Source: a bacterium (GTDB taxonomy: Bacteria > Actinomycetota > Acidimicrobiia > Spongiisociales > ZC4RG35). Taken from it: a stretch of 64,000 nucleotides of DNA. Shown one piece after another: positions 1 through 9,818 of the stretch (its first letter is position 1; each line of letters opens with the position of its first letter). Where the stretch lies: NCBI GenBank assembly GCA_024638655.1, contig JAHEJW010000015.1, positions 8,195-72,194 of the forward strand. The letters run 5' to 3'. Under the pieces are notes generated by a model. The model saw only the letters and a list, made by a program, of their open reading frames with translations, ran no database searches and was not told the origin of the DNA. Both the position numbers and the translations under genes were made by a program.

Positions 1-332
1 ACTTCATCGTCCCCGAGGGTCTCCCCGGTCCGATGGAGTGGATGTACGACTTGAGCGACACGATGCATGCCATCACAGGTGTCGCCGAGATCCTGGGTGG
101 GCTCGGCTTGATCCTCCCCGGGCTCACCGGCATCCGCCCGGAACTGACCATCGCCGCCGCAGTGGGACTCCTTCTCGTCATGGTCGGGGCGATCGTGTGG
201 CACATCGGTCGGGAAGAACTCCAGAACATCGGATTCAACATCGTCAATGCCGCAGTGATGGCCTATATCGCCTACGGGCGGGCGAGGTTGGCGCCGTTGG
301 GCGGCAGAGATACGGGGGCTGCTCCCGCCTGA
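1..332 (+). CDS. DoxX-like integral membrane protein, 5' end cut by window edge
   Basis: Frame is open from base 3 (FIVPEGLPGPMEWMY...) with no upstream stop. Hydrophobic helices AEILGGLGLILPG and AAAVGLLLVMVGAIVWH fit a DoxX-like fold. Stop at 330-332. Confidence 0.55.
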   Translation, partial: FIVPEGLPGPMEWMYDLSDTMHAITGVAEILGGLGLILPGLTGIRPELTIAAAVGLLLVMVGAIVWHIGREELQNIGFNIVNAAVMAYIAYGRARLAPLGGRDTGAAPA

Positions 333-404
333 ACAGGCTGAAAGCCCGGTGCCGCCTCAAGTTATCGCGCCTCTTTGGCCGATAGCACATATGAGGATGA
401 AGAG

Positions 405-575
405 ATGAAGACGGGTCTCCAGGAACGCAGTCGGCTCATGTGCTCTGTGTGTGGCCTACCCGCCTACTTCTTCTCTCACTCGGGGCTCCTCTGTCGAGAA
501 GATGCCCTCATCGACGCGATCGAGAACGGGTGGATGCCAGCTCCCATAGAGGCACCCCGGTCAGCGGCCAGCTGA
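405..575 (+). CDS. small hypothetical protein with C-x-x-C motif (56 aa)
   Basis: ATG at 405 follows a purine-rich stretch (gaggatgaagag). Protein MKTGLQERSRLMCSVCGLP...LLCRED. No family recognised. Its 3' end overlaps the convergent kinase gene by 15 nt. Confidence 0.3.
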   Translation: MKTGLQERSRLMCSVCGLPAYFFSHSGLLCREDALIDAIENGWMPAPIEAPRSAAS

Positions 576-1955
576 CCGCAGCTTCAGTCTGAAGACACTC
601 AGTCCGCGGTGGTAGTTGTATTGCAGGCTGCCCCCCATCAGTTCGGCGAGCTGTCGGGAGATCGCCAGGCCGATCCCGACCGACCCGGGTCGCCCCGTGG
701 CGAGGTGTGCGCTCTCGTACGGTTGAAAGATCCGCTCCCAGTCTTCTCCAGGCAATCCATCGCCGTCGTCCATGACGTCGACGAACAGATTCCGCTTCGA
801 TCGGGAGACGTTGACCGTCACCTGGTCTCCTCCGTAGCGTTCGGCATTGGTGAGCAGGTTGCGAAGGATCTGTCTCACTCGGGATGGGTCGGCCATTGCG
901 TATGGAGCCGACGTCGTGCTCTGGACGCGCACGTCTCGCGTAAACGAACCCCCGGCCTTGAGGGTTGCTTCGAGCTCTGCGAGCAAGTCCACCTTCACAT
1001 CGACGATGTCGAGCTGCTGCATGTCGGCTCTGGCCGCTACAAGCAGATCCTCGACCAGGTTGGACATCTCCTGGGCGTGCTCGGCGACAGAGGAGATCAT
1101 CAATTTGCGGTCATCGTCAGACGCCTCTCTCTCCTCGAGCAGCCGGGTGAACCCGAGAACAGCGGTGAGCGGGGTTCTGATCTCGTGGCTGACGCTGGCG
1201 AGGAAGCGGTTCTTGGCCTCCACGATCCCAGCCATCTCACGCTCCTTGTTGCGGTGGGGGGTCACGTCTATCACCGAGAAGACGGCCCGGCTGAAGTCGG
1301 GCTCTCCATCGACTACTGGTGCCGAGAGGATCGATTCGGCGTCGTAGGTTTGACCGTCCGCAGTCGCCGCCATGAAGGATGCGCGGGCTAGCGGCCGTCT
1401 CTCCCAGACGGCCGAGAGCTGGTTCAACCATCCCGGCTGCGAACCCTCGTTGACGATGCTGGGATCGATCGGCCCTATCAGGTCCTCGAGCGGGAGTCCC
1501 ACGGCCGTTTCAGCGGCGGGGTTGGCCGCGACCACGCGTATCTTGGCGGCGATTCGTCGGATCTCGTCTATGTCGTCGCCGATCACTTCTCGCACATGGG
1601 GGACACCTCGATTCCGTAGCGTGCCCATCCAAAGCTCCACTTCGGAGTAGTCCTGTTCCATCATCGGCACCGGGGACGTCCGGAAGAGGTTCTCAAAGCT
1701 CGACCATCCCCGTTTCAGTTCAGAGACCTCGGAGCGGAGCCGATCGAGCTCGGCAGATTGCTCGTTGAAGGACTCCAATATCCCGAGCCAGGTCGCCCGG
1801 TCGGGTGGCGACCAGGAGCTGGAGCCGGAATGGGATGTGGGCGAGCTGGCGCTTGACGGCGCGCCGATCTCAGGGCTCGCGTGCGTGCTGTCGGGTCGTT
1901 TCGCCCTTCCGACCCGACCACGGGAGGGCATATACGTAGTTCGGCATTCCCACAC
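561..1955 (-). CDS. cytoplasmic sensor histidine kinase (PAS-like region, HisKA, HATPase_c)
   Basis: H-box FLASVSHEIRTPLTAVLGF, N-box LLTNAERYG, G-boxes DDGDGLP and GSVGIGLAISRQLAELMGG. No transmembrane helix seen. No response regulator gene adjacent. Start uncertain. Confidence 0.85.
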   Translation of the reverse strand: MWECRTTYMPSRGRVGRAKRPDSTHASPEIGAPSSASSPTSHSGSSSWSPPDRATWLGILESFNEQSAELDRLRSEVSELKRGWSSFENLFRTSPVPMMEQDYSEVELWMGTLRNRGVPHVREVIGDDIDEIRRIAAKIRVVAANPAAETAVGLPLEDLIGPIDPSIVNEGSQPGWLNQLSAVWERRPLARASFMAATADGQTYDAESILSAPVVDGEPDFSRAVFSVIDVTPHRNKEREMAGIVEAKNRFLASVSHEIRTPLTAVLGFTRLLEEREASDDDRKLMISSVAEHAQEMSNLVEDLLVAARADMQQLDIVDVKVDLLAELEATLKAGGSFTRDVRVQSTTSAPYAMADPSRVRQILRNLLTNAERYGGDQVTVNVSRSKRNLFVDVMDDGDGLPGEDWERIFQPYESAHLATGRPGSVGIGLAISRQLAELMGGSLQYNYHRGLSVFRLKLRSAGR

Positions 1956-2022
1956 GAAAAGTTGAGGCCACCGAAACCCGGCGATCTCGCCTCATGAAGA
2001 TCCCGGGCCTAGGTTGAGCTCG

Positions 2023-2646
2023 ATGTCTATCCGCTCGATGCCGATGTTCCCCCTCGGAACACCGTTGCTACCCGGATCGGTCTTGCCCCTTTACCTGTTC
2101 GAGCCCCGTTATCTGAGGTTGTACGAGGACATCGTGGAAGGAGACCGGCTGTTCGGTGTGGTGCTGATCGAGCGTGGCCGCGATTCGGGCGGTGACGACA
2201 GTCGATTCGACTTCGGATGTGTCGCCCACATGGTTGGCTCTGCCACGCACGAGAACGGGCCCATCTCCATCGTCACCGTGGGCACCAAACGTCTGAGGGT
2301 CGTCGAGTGGGAACCACCTGCTCCGTATCCCATAGCGATGGTGAAGACGCTCGATGACGAAGAGCTTCCGGAATCCGAGCTGGGCATCATCGAGGAGGCG
2401 ACGGCGGGACTGCTCAAGCTGAAGGCGCTTTTCTCCGAGCTCGGTGCGGACGTGGGGGTGGAAGCGCCCGAGTTGGCCGATGACCCCAGGACGGCGATGT
2501 ACCAGATGGCCCAGCTCGCCGGGCTCCAGGCAATCGACCTTCAGAGGGTGCTCGAGGCCGAAACCACGGTTCAGAGAGCGCAGATCGTGAGCGCCCTCAT
2601 CTCCGATCAGGTCGAGTTGATCGAGCTCCAGCTCGGTATCGGCTGA
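2023..2646 (+). CDS. LON N-terminal (substrate-binding) domain protein
   Basis: N-terminus PMFPLGTPLLPGSVLPLYLFEPRYLRLYEDI is the characteristic start of the LON substrate-binding domain. No AAA or protease domain follows. Confidence 0.75.
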   Translation: MSIRSMPMFPLGTPLLPGSVLPLYLFEPRYLRLYEDIVEGDRLFGVVLIERGRDSGGDDSRFDFGCVAHMVGSATHENGPISIVTVGTKRLRVVEWEPPAPYPIAMVKTLDDEELPESELGIIEEATAGLLKLKALFSELGADVGVEAPELADDPRTAMYQMAQLAGLQAIDLQRVLEAETTVQRAQIVSALISDQVELIELQLGIG

Positions 2647-2703
2647 GCGACCCTCCGCGCCGCACCGTGTAGGTTGCCCAGCACGCTAGAGAAGGAGCAG
2701 GAA

Positions 2704-2979
2704 TTGGATGGCGTGATTGGGTCGATTATCGGCGGTCTCGTGCTGGGCTTGATCATTGGCCCCTTGGGCAGGCTCGTATTGCCAGGGAAACAGAACATCT
2801 CGCTAGGAATGACGATCGTAATCGGTGCGGCAGCGGCCATCGTCGGTGGTCTCATCGCCGACGCGATGGGCGTAGGGGACACGTCTGGCATCGACTGGAT
2901 CAAGCTATTCATACAGGTTGCGCTTGCTGCGGTGGGAGTCTCGGTCTACATCGGGATGGCGGGGCGAAAAGCAAACTGA
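2704..2979 (+). CDS. GlsB/YeaQ/YmgE family (transglycosylase-associated) small membrane protein
   Basis: GVIGSIIGGLVLGLIIGPLGRLVLPG...IVIGAAAAIVGGLIADAMG is a typical Gly-rich three-helix pattern. TTG 2704 lies 6 nt after SD GAAGGAG (2691-2697). Confidence 0.7.
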   Translation: MDGVIGSIIGGLVLGLIIGPLGRLVLPGKQNISLGMTIVIGAAAAIVGGLIADAMGVGDTSGIDWIKLFIQVALAAVGVSVYIGMAGRKAN

Positions 2980-3235
2980 TCCGTGCTCATAGGGGCTCTC
3001 GGGGGTGCGGACGGTATCGCACGGAAGGGAGGAGAACATGCAGCCTTCTCACACCCCCGGTTATGCCTGATCGTTGCTGATAGCCAGCGATCGTTTTCTA
3101 TTCGCAGCAGCGCGGTGTGACGGATGACCGCGTTGCGTCACGAGAAAGCTTCATCCGTCTTGGGTGGGCACTCCGAAGACGTCACGTAATCAGCTCAGAC
3201 GATCTGAGTGAAGACGTAACCAAAAGGAGTTCCCA

Positions 3236-4033
3236 ATGAGGAAACTAAGACTGGCACTGCTGACGATGGCAGTTGCCCTTGTGCCGGCATCCGCAGCCCT
3301 TGCGGATTCCCACGAAGGCGAGGTCATCGTGGTACACGGAGTGCCCGATCTGACCGTTGACGTCTATGTCAACGGCGACCTGACGCTCGAGGACTTCGAG
3401 TTCGGCGATGTAGCCGGCCCGCTAGCCCTGCCCGCCGGAAGCTATGACCTCGAGATCTACGCAGCGGATGCCGATCCGGATGCAGACGACCCGGCCCTCT
3501 CCGGCTCGACCGACCTTCCCGGCGGTGCCGTGGCGACCATTGCCGCGTACCTGGGTGAAGGCGCCTCGCCGACACTCGGCGTGTTCGTCGAGGACAACTC
3601 CGAGATCGCTGCCGGTGAGGCCCGTGTCACGGCACGTCACCTCGCCGACTTCGGCGCCGTTGACGTTCTCGCCAACGACGGCGCGGTCTTCGAAGGTGTG
3701 ACCAACGGTCAAGGTGGCGACGCCGATGTCCCGGCCGACACCTACAACATCAAGATCACCGCTGCCGGCGATGCCGACACGGTTGCCTTCGATGCCGATG
3801 TCCCCCTCGGCGAGGGCACCAACACGATCGCGTATGCCATCGGTTCGGTCAGCGGCGGCAGCTTCGAAGTTGCCACTGCGGCCATCTCCGGCCTGGGTGC
3901 TGCTCCTGCGGGCGTCCCCACCGGTGATGCCGGCCTCAGCACTGGCATGAGCCCCTGGATTCCAGTCGCTCTTGCCGGCTTTGCCGCACTTGCCCTGTCC
4001 ACCTCGGTCATCGCTCTCCGGAAGGAGAACTGA
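3236..4033 (+). CDS. secreted DUF4397-domain protein with C-terminal sorting-signal-like tail
   Basis: Signal peptide MRKLRLALLTMAVALVPASAALA. Repeated VHGVPD..VDVYVNG / YDLEIY pattern typical of DUF4397. C-terminus has GVPTGDAG, then the hydrophobic helix WIPVALAGFAALALSTSVIAL, then RKEN. Confidence 0.75.
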   Translation: MRKLRLALLTMAVALVPASAALADSHEGEVIVVHGVPDLTVDVYVNGDLTLEDFEFGDVAGPLALPAGSYDLEIYAADADPDADDPALSGSTDLPGGAVATIAAYLGEGASPTLGVFVEDNSEIAAGEARVTARHLADFGAVDVLANDGAVFEGVTNGQGGDADVPADTYNIKITAAGDADTVAFDADVPLGEGTNTIAYAIGSVSGGSFEVATAAISGLGAAPAGVPTGDAGLSTGMSPWIPVALAGFAALALSTSVIALRKEN

Positions 4034-4058
4034 TCGACACCCAGACTGTCGACCATTT

Positions 4059-4089
4059 GGAGAAAGGCCCGGATAACGGGCCTTTCTCC
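4059..4089 (+). terminator. strong hairpin between the sortase-substrate gene and the sortase gene (attenuator or partial terminator)
   Basis: 13-bp perfect stem ggagaaaggcccg / cgggcctttctcc with loop gataa, 26 nt after the DUF4397 stop. A second short GC hairpin (gcgccc gacg gggcgc) follows. Confidence 0.55.
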
Positions 4090-4143
4090 GTTGCGCCTAA
4101 TCTTGCACCGCGGAGCGCCCGACGGGGCGCGGGTAGGAGCGAC

Positions 4144-4893
4144 ATGAGGAAGTTGGGTGCCTGGCTCGCCGGTATCGGCATCTTGCTGGCGATAGGAGCA
4201 GGAATCGGGTTCGCCAGCCTCCTGGACACACGGTCTGGTGACGTCCAGGCCATCGAGGAATCCCTTGTCCGAAATCCCGCCGGACCCGCTCCTGTCGCCC
4301 CGCCTCCTGCCGCTTCGCCACAGGATGACCCTGCGACGGCCATCCCGGAACAAAACGCTGCTCCCCTCTACGAGCCAAACCAAGTCACCCGACTCGACAG
4401 CCTGGCAAACCTCCCGAGTCGCACCCCCGTCGGCCTGCAAATCGACGCTCTTGGGGTCGAGGCACCCATCGACGGGTATGGCATCAACCAGAGGACCGGA
4501 CAGATGGATGTGCCGAACAATGTTCGCGAGGTGGGCTGGTACGAGTACGGCCCTTCCCCCGGCGAGGCCGGCTCAGCGGTCTTGGCCGCCCATGTCGACT
4601 TGCAGAGTCAGGGGCCCGGTGTCTTCTTCGACCTCAGGACGCTGGAGCCGGGTGAGCTGATAATCGTCTCTTTTGACGACGGCAGTGTCGAGCGTTTCGA
4701 AGTCAGAGCGAGAAGCACCTATGCCAAAGAAGAGTTGCCTCTCGACGTGATCTTCAGCCGGGCCGGGGCGCCTGTGTTGACTCTCATCACTTGTGGCGGA
4801 GGGTTCAGTTTTTCCGAAGAGACATATGACAGCAATGTCGTGGTCTACGCAACGCCCGTCGACGCCGATTCCTCGAGCCCGCCTCTCTCCTAG
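4144..4893 (+). CDS. sortase family transpeptidase (class E/F-like)
   Basis: N-terminal anchor MRKLGAWLAGIGILLAIGAGIGF. Catalytic motif LTLITCGG (TLxTC) and upstream His in VLAAHVD. ATG 4144 is preceded by AGGAG. Confidence 0.78.
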   Translation: MRKLGAWLAGIGILLAIGAGIGFASLLDTRSGDVQAIEESLVRNPAGPAPVAPPPAASPQDDPATAIPEQNAAPLYEPNQVTRLDSLANLPSRTPVGLQIDALGVEAPIDGYGINQRTGQMDVPNNVREVGWYEYGPSPGEAGSAVLAAHVDLQSQGPGVFFDLRTLEPGELIIVSFDDGSVERFEVRARSTYAKEELPLDVIFSRAGAPVLTLITCGGGFSFSEETYDSNVVVYATPVDADSSSPPLS

Positions 4894-4953
4894 CGCCAAT
4901 CCGTGGCATCAAGCCGCTACGAACAGAATGTGAATGCGGACCAGGAGAACATC

Positions 4954-5385
4954 ATGGTGAGAATCCACGAAACCAAGCTGATCGAACGTCCTTTGGGCGA
5001 GGTCTTCGACTACACCGCCGACTTCGAGAACATCGAGGATTGGGATCCCGGGATTGCCTCGTCGAAGAGGCTGGATGAGGGCCCGGTCGGAGTTGGGTCC
5101 CGTTTCGAGCTGATGGTCAGCTTTGGCGGCAGCCGGATCCCTATGACCTACGAGATAACCGAATACGAGCCCAATGAGAGGGTGGTGATCATCGGTAGAG
5201 GCGAGAAGCTCGAAGCCGTGGACGTCATCAAGTTCGAAGCTAGAGGGGACGGCCAGACGGTCGTCGACTACACGGCGGACCTCAGCTTCCACAATTTCGT
5301 GAAATACCTGGCGCCGGTGATGGGCCCGGTTTTCAAGAGAGTGGGGGAGAAGGCGGTCGATGGTCTTGCGGAGGCCCTGAGCTGA
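4954..5385 (+). CDS. SRPBCC (polyketide cyclase/dehydrase-like) family protein
   Basis: About 143 aa with IERPLGEVFDYTADFENIEDWDPGI near the N-terminus, typical of Polyketide_cyc2/SRPBCC. SD CAGGAG lies 6 nt upstream of ATG 4954. Confidence 0.7.
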   Translation: MVRIHETKLIERPLGEVFDYTADFENIEDWDPGIASSKRLDEGPVGVGSRFELMVSFGGSRIPMTYEITEYEPNERVVIIGRGEKLEAVDVIKFEARGDGQTVVDYTADLSFHNFVKYLAPVMGPVFKRVGEKAVDGLAEALS

Positions 5386-6320
5386 TGGGAAAGCTCTCCA
5401 TCGCGGGTTTCACGAACCTGGGCTACAGACTGCACTCGAAGGACTTCAATCCGATCGACTCCGACATGACAGATCAGACGGTGGTGATAACCGGAGGGAC
5501 CGGGGGCATCGGTAGAGCGGCGGCAGAGGCGTTGAGTCGGCTGGGGGCCAAGGTGATCGTGGTCAGCCGAACTCAAGCCAAACTCGATGAGGTCGCCGCA
5601 TCCATCGGAGAGCGAACCCGAACGATCAAAGCCGACCTCTCGCTGATGAGTGAGGTTCGGAGGGTCGCCGGCTTGTTGGAGGAGGAGCCCCGGATCGATG
5701 TGCTCATCAACAACGTGGGCGTCCTGATTCCGGAACGACAGGAGACCGACGAGGGCTTGGAGAAGACCCTGGCTGTGGATCTGGCCGGTCACTTCCTGCT
5801 GACCAACCTTCTGATGCCCAAACTCGTCGGGTCGGCTCCTGCTCGTGTGATAAACGTGACGTCCGGAGGCATGTACTCAGAGCGAATCCGTCCAGACGAC
5901 CTCGAGTTCGAGCACGGCACGTACACGGGAACCGCCGCTTACGCTCGAGCCAAGCGCGGACAAGTGATTCTCACCGAGATGTGGGCAGATCGCCTCGAGG
6001 GGTCCGGAGTCAGTTTCCATTCGATGCATCCGGGTTGGGCCCGTACCGACGGAGTCGCGAACTCCCTGCCAACGTTCAACCTCATGATGAGCCCGTTGTT
6101 GCGGAGCCCAGAACAGGGCGCGGACACGGTCATATGGCTGGCGGCGTCCCACGAACCGGCCGAGACCACGGGTAAATTCTGGTTCGACCGCAAAGAGGCG
6201 CCTACCCACATGCTCGAGTCGACGAAGGAGACACAAGCCGAGAGGGATGAACTCTGGTTGCGTCTCGTCGAGATAACCGATGCCGACCTGCCGACCCCGA
6301 TCGGCGACGGCGCGGGCTGA
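5385..6320 (+). CDS. short-chain dehydrogenase/reductase (SDR)
   Basis: Rossmann motif VVITGGTGGIGRAAA, NNVG motif, catalytic Y-x-x-x-K (YARAK). Start overlaps the upstream stop (TGATG). Confidence 0.85.
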   Translation: MGKLSIAGFTNLGYRLHSKDFNPIDSDMTDQTVVITGGTGGIGRAAAEALSRLGAKVIVVSRTQAKLDEVAASIGERTRTIKADLSLMSEVRRVAGLLEEEPRIDVLINNVGVLIPERQETDEGLEKTLAVDLAGHFLLTNLLMPKLVGSAPARVINVTSGGMYSERIRPDDLEFEHGTYTGTAAYARAKRGQVILTEMWADRLEGSGVSFHSMHPGWARTDGVANSLPTFNLMMSPLLRSPEQGADTVIWLAASHEPAETTGKFWFDRKEAPTHMLESTKETQAERDELWLRLVEITDADLPTPIGDGAG

Positions 6321-7393
6321 TGGGAGCGGTCATTGCGGGCACCGGCATGTTCGTGCCTGACAACGTCGTCAGCAATCACGACCTCGCCCGCATCATGGAC
6401 ACCACCGATGAGTGGATCACCAACCGAACCGGGGTGAAGGAGCGACGTTTCGTCGACCCTGGGGTGGGCTCATCGGACCTCGCCATCGCCGCGGTTACCA
6501 ATGCCCTGGCTGACGCCGGGGTCGAAGGCTCTGGGGTGGACGCTCTCATAACGGCAACGATGACTCCCGACTACTTGGCTCCCGGTATCGCCGGGTTGGT
6601 GCAGGCCGGCCTCGGCCTTTCCCATATTGCAGCCTTCGACGTGCGTCAGCAGTGCAGTGGCTTCCTCTACGGGCTGGATCTGGCCGATGCGTTGATTCAT
6701 AGTGACCGGGCCGAGACCGTGGCAGTTGTCGGGGCCGAGGTGCATGCCGGGTTCCAACCCTGGAGCGCAGCGTCGTGGGAGGTGCTCTTGGGGAACTCCC
6801 AAGAACCGTTGCCCCAGCAGGACTACGAGCGAAACACCGAGCATCGCGCCTGGAGCGTCCTGTTCGGCGACGGGGCAGGGGCGATGATCCTGCGTCGTGG
6901 CGAGAGGAGCGACGAAGGGATCCTCGCGACGTCGCTTCACACCGACGGCGAGTCGTTCGAGTTGATCTGGGTCCCCGGGGTGGGGTTCAAGTCTCGGCCA
7001 TATGTGTCCCAGGACGACCTGGCGGATGATCTTCAACTCCCGACCATGGACGGAGGTGGTCTCTTTCGCAAGGCAGTCCGGCTCATGCCCGAAGCTGCTC
7101 GGATGGTTCTGGAGCGAACCGGCATGACGCTCGACGATGTCGACCTGGTGGTCGCTCACCAGGCCAACGACCGGATACTCGAAGGCGTGAGGAAACAGTT
7201 TGGCCTGGAACCCGAGAAGGTGCCGTCCAATATTGGAAGCTACGGGAACACCACAGCTGGCACCCTGCCGATCCTCTACCACGAGTTGTCTGCTTCGGGC
7301 CGCGTAGTGCCAGGGTCAGTGGTTTGCTTCGCTGCATTTGGAGCAGGCGCCCACTACGGCGCCGCCCTCTATCGAGAGCCGGCTGCCAGCTAA
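6320..7393 (+). CDS. 3-oxoacyl-ACP synthase III (KAS III/FabH-like) family protein with internal insertion
   Basis: Cys-His-Asn triad contexts [20 protein letters not shown] and [10 protein letters not shown]. Has an extra ~30-aa segment ([31 protein letters not shown]) relative to the second FabH in this window. Start overlaps the SDR stop. Confidence 0.85.
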   Translation: MGAVIAGTGMFVPDNVVSNHDLARIMDTTDEWITNRTGVKERRFVDPGVGSSDLAIAAVTNALADAGVEGSGVDALITATMTPDYLAPGIAGLVQAGLGLSHIAAFDVRQQCSGFLYGLDLADALIHSDRAETVAVVGAEVHAGFQPWSAASWEVLLGNSQEPLPQQDYERNTEHRAWSVLFGDGAGAMILRRGERSDEGILATSLHTDGESFELIWVPGVGFKSRPYVSQDDLADDLQLPTMDGGGLFRKAVRLMPEAARMVLERTGMTLDDVDLVVAHQANDRILEGVRKQFGLEPEKVPSNIGSYGNTTAGTLPILYHELSASGRVVPGSVVCFAAFGAGAHYGAALYREPAAS

Positions 7394-8745
7394 GACCCGC
7401 CCTTCGCTCTCTCGTAGGCGTCTATCGCTACCTGACGCACGTGGGAATGATCGACGATCGGCTCCGGGTAGTCCTCACCGATGGTCACCCCGTGCCCGGC
7501 AAGCTCCAGAGGGCCCGCTTCCCAAGGGGCGTGGATCAGCTCGGCAGGTAGGTTCGCCAGTTCAGGAACCCACTTCCTGATGTAGTCACCTTCGGGATCG
7601 AATTTCTCAGATTGGGTGACCGGGTTGAAGACCCTGAAGTATGGGGCGGCGTCCGCACCCGTTCCCGCCACCCACTGCCAGTTGCCCACGTTCTGGGAGA
7701 CGTCTGCATCCACCAGATGGTGACGAAAGAACTTCTCGCCCTTTCGCCAGTCGATCAGGAGGTCCTTCACCAAGAACGAGCCCACCACCAGTCGAACCCT
7801 GTTGTGGAGCCAGCCTTCCGACACGAGCTGACGCATCCCCGCATCCACGAGCGGATACCCGGTACGACCCTCCTTCCATGCGTCGAGGTCGTCGCTACGG
7901 TTCTTCCACCTGATGCTGGCGTACTCGGTGCGCAGCGGCTCGTCGACGAGCCGTGGCATCTCGGCCAGCAGATGTGCGTAGAAGTCCCTCCAGGCGAGCT
8001 GTCGAATGAAGGCCGATCTCCCCTTCGATCGGGTGCCGATCTCCCGGACGATTTCCCTGGGTCCGATCCAACCGTATTTCAGATCGACCGAGAGACGCGA
8101 GGTCGTATCCAGGTCGGGACGATTTCGCTCTTCGGCATAGTCATTGGCCCTCTCATCGAACTCGGCCAACCGGTCGGCCGCCGCCTCGGGCCCGGATGGG
8201 ATGGGGGGCTCGTCGACATCGGGAAGCCCCACGCCGGCGACTGTGGTGATCCGGGCGCCACCGGTTGCCTGCTCGTCGGGGATATCGATTTGAGACCACT
8301 TGTTGTAGAAGGGAGTGAAGACCTTGTAGACCTCGTCTTCCTGGGTTCGTACCGAACCGGGAGGCTGTACGTAGAGCCCGTCGTGCTGGGTCAACTCGAC
8401 GACCTGGAATACGCGCTCGTCACGCTCAACGCCGTAAGGGGTGACTTCTTGGCTGATGTGCACTCTCCCGGCATCCACCTCATCGGCGACGCGCCTCACT
8501 ACTTCTTCAGGAACGCCTCGCTCGACTCGTAGGCGACCCCCTGCATCTCGGATTTGCCCATCGAGCTGACGAAGCCCGGCGATCAACAGCGCTTGCCGTC
8601 GAGTAGACACTCGATCGAACAGGTCGGGGTCGACGACGAAGAGGGGAACAACGACATCAGCCTTTGTTCCCTCCACCCATGCCGGGTTGTCGGTCAACCT
8701 GGCGTCGCGCCGGAACCAGACGATGTCGGTGGTCATTGACATCAA
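7390..8745 (-). CDS. phrB: deoxyribodipyrimidine photolyase / cryptochrome family
   Basis: N-terminus [17 protein letters not shown]-terminal FAD-binding motifs [56 protein letters not shown]. Confidence 0.9.
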   Translation of the reverse strand: MMSMTTDIVWFRRDARLTDNPAWVEGTKADVVVPLFVVDPDLFDRVSTRRQALLIAGLRQLDGQIRDAGGRLRVERGVPEEVVRRVADEVDAGRVHISQEVTPYGVERDERVFQVVELTQHDGLYVQPPGSVRTQEDEVYKVFTPFYNKWSQIDIPDEQATGGARITTVAGVGLPDVDEPPIPSGPEAAADRLAEFDERANDYAEERNRPDLDTTSRLSVDLKYGWIGPREIVREIGTRSKGRSAFIRQLAWRDFYAHLLAEMPRLVDEPLRTEYASIRWKNRSDDLDAWKEGRTGYPLVDAGMRQLVSEGWLHNRVRLVVGSFLVKDLLIDWRKGEKFFRHHLVDADVSQNVGNWQWVAGTGADAAPYFRVFNPVTQSEKFDPEGDYIRKWVPELANLPAELIHAPWEAGPLELAGHGVTIGEDYPEPIVDHSHVRQVAIDAYERAKGGS

Positions 8746-9746
8746 GCCAATCCGGGCACCGGTTCCTCACCGGCCACCCAATTGTCGAGCTCGGACCAGG
8801 TCTCGAAGAGCCACTTGACCCTCTCAGAGCGTTCCTCGGGGATCCCAGATCGGGAAATGCGACGAAACGCAACATGTATCCGCGATCCCACGAGCCCGCC
8901 CCTCCACATGTCCTTGACCCGGGCGAATCCTTCCAGCCCGCGATGAGCGAGGACGACCACGTCTGCGGCCGAGCCTTCGAGCAACGCGAGCGTCCCGCCG
9001 GGGCGGGGGGGCAGAACACGCCGGAGACCTACGGCGATCTCTGCCACGCGGCCCTTTCTGTTCCTGAACCGGTCGACGTAGCGGCGCAGCTTGTCTTCGC
9101 TGAATCTGGTGCCCTCCGGATAGATGAGCACGGCTTCGTTTGATTGGAGGCCTTCGGCAAGGTCCTTGATGGCATTCAGGTCACGCTCACTGTCAGACGC
9201 CCCGCGGTCGACGAAGTGGTTGGGAAGCCTGTTCCCGGCGATGTCGAGCGCCGGATCCCACAACAGCTCCTTCTTGAGCACGTAGCGGAGCTTCAGATCG
9301 GTGTTTCTCGAGATGAACCAGGCTGGGAGCAGTGTGTCGATGAGCGAGGCATGACGGGAAAGGAGGATTATGGGTCCCGGCAGGACCTGATCGAGCCCAT
9401 CCGCGATGAACTCGAGATCGAATATGTATCGGACGGCCCGGAAGTTCCAGGCCGCCCAGCGGTTCTGCAAGCCGAATGTCGCGTGCTCGGCAACTGCCCT
9501 CGGCAGAAGGGCCGTCAACCCAAGAACGAGAAGACCCCACGCCTCCCCGAGGAGGTAGAGCCACCCAAAGGAAACCAGGCGAAGAGCCATGAAGGGACGA
9601 TCCCTCGAGACATTGCGAAGGACATCGACGATGAGGGCCATAGGGAGGACGAGTGGGAGCAAAAGCGTGACTAAGACCAACGAGGCCAACACACTTGTGA
9701 CAGTGAAGAGGCGGCGCAGCAGAGCATTTTCCAACATCAAGTCCAT
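8742..9746 (-). CDS. lysophospholipid/1-acyl-glycerol-3-phosphate acyltransferase family protein
   Basis: Two N-terminal helices, then H-x4-D acyltransferase motif (SRHASLID) and LIYPEGTR motif. Start taken at MDLMLE (9746) and is uncertain. Stop overlaps the photolyase start. Confidence 0.75.
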   Translation of the reverse strand: MDLMLENALLRRLFTVTSVLASLVLVTLLLPLVLPMALIVDVLRNVSRDRPFMALRLVSFGWLYLLGEAWGLLVLGLTALLPRAVAEHATFGLQNRWAAWNFRAVRYIFDLEFIADGLDQVLPGPIILLSRHASLIDTLLPAWFISRNTDLKLRYVLKKELLWDPALDIAGNRLPNHFVDRGASDSERDLNAIKDLAEGLQSNEAVLIYPEGTRFSEDKLRRYVDRFRNRKGRVAEIAVGLRRVLPPRPGGTLALLEGSAADVVVLAHRGLEGFARVKDMWRGGLVGSRIHVAFRRISRSGIPEERSERVKWLFETWSELDNWVAGEEPVPGLA

Positions 9747-9818
9747 GCAACAGTATTTCGATTCACAGGCGACCTGCAGATTGAGTGATGCTTTGACGAG
9801 TGTTGTGACCAACACACG

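Noticed and set aside
3115-3141. Shared 11-mer GTGTGACGGAT followed by CGTCAC, seen both here and at 13265-13296 upstream of gene starts. It looks superficially like a CRP/FNR site (TGTGA...TCACA).
   Set aside because: The half-site spacers are 13 and 18 nt (16 and 21 nt if read as TGTGA...TCAC), not the 6 nt of CRP sites, and the two differ from each other. A single exact 11-mer match between two places in a 64-kb window (both strands) is expected many times by chance.
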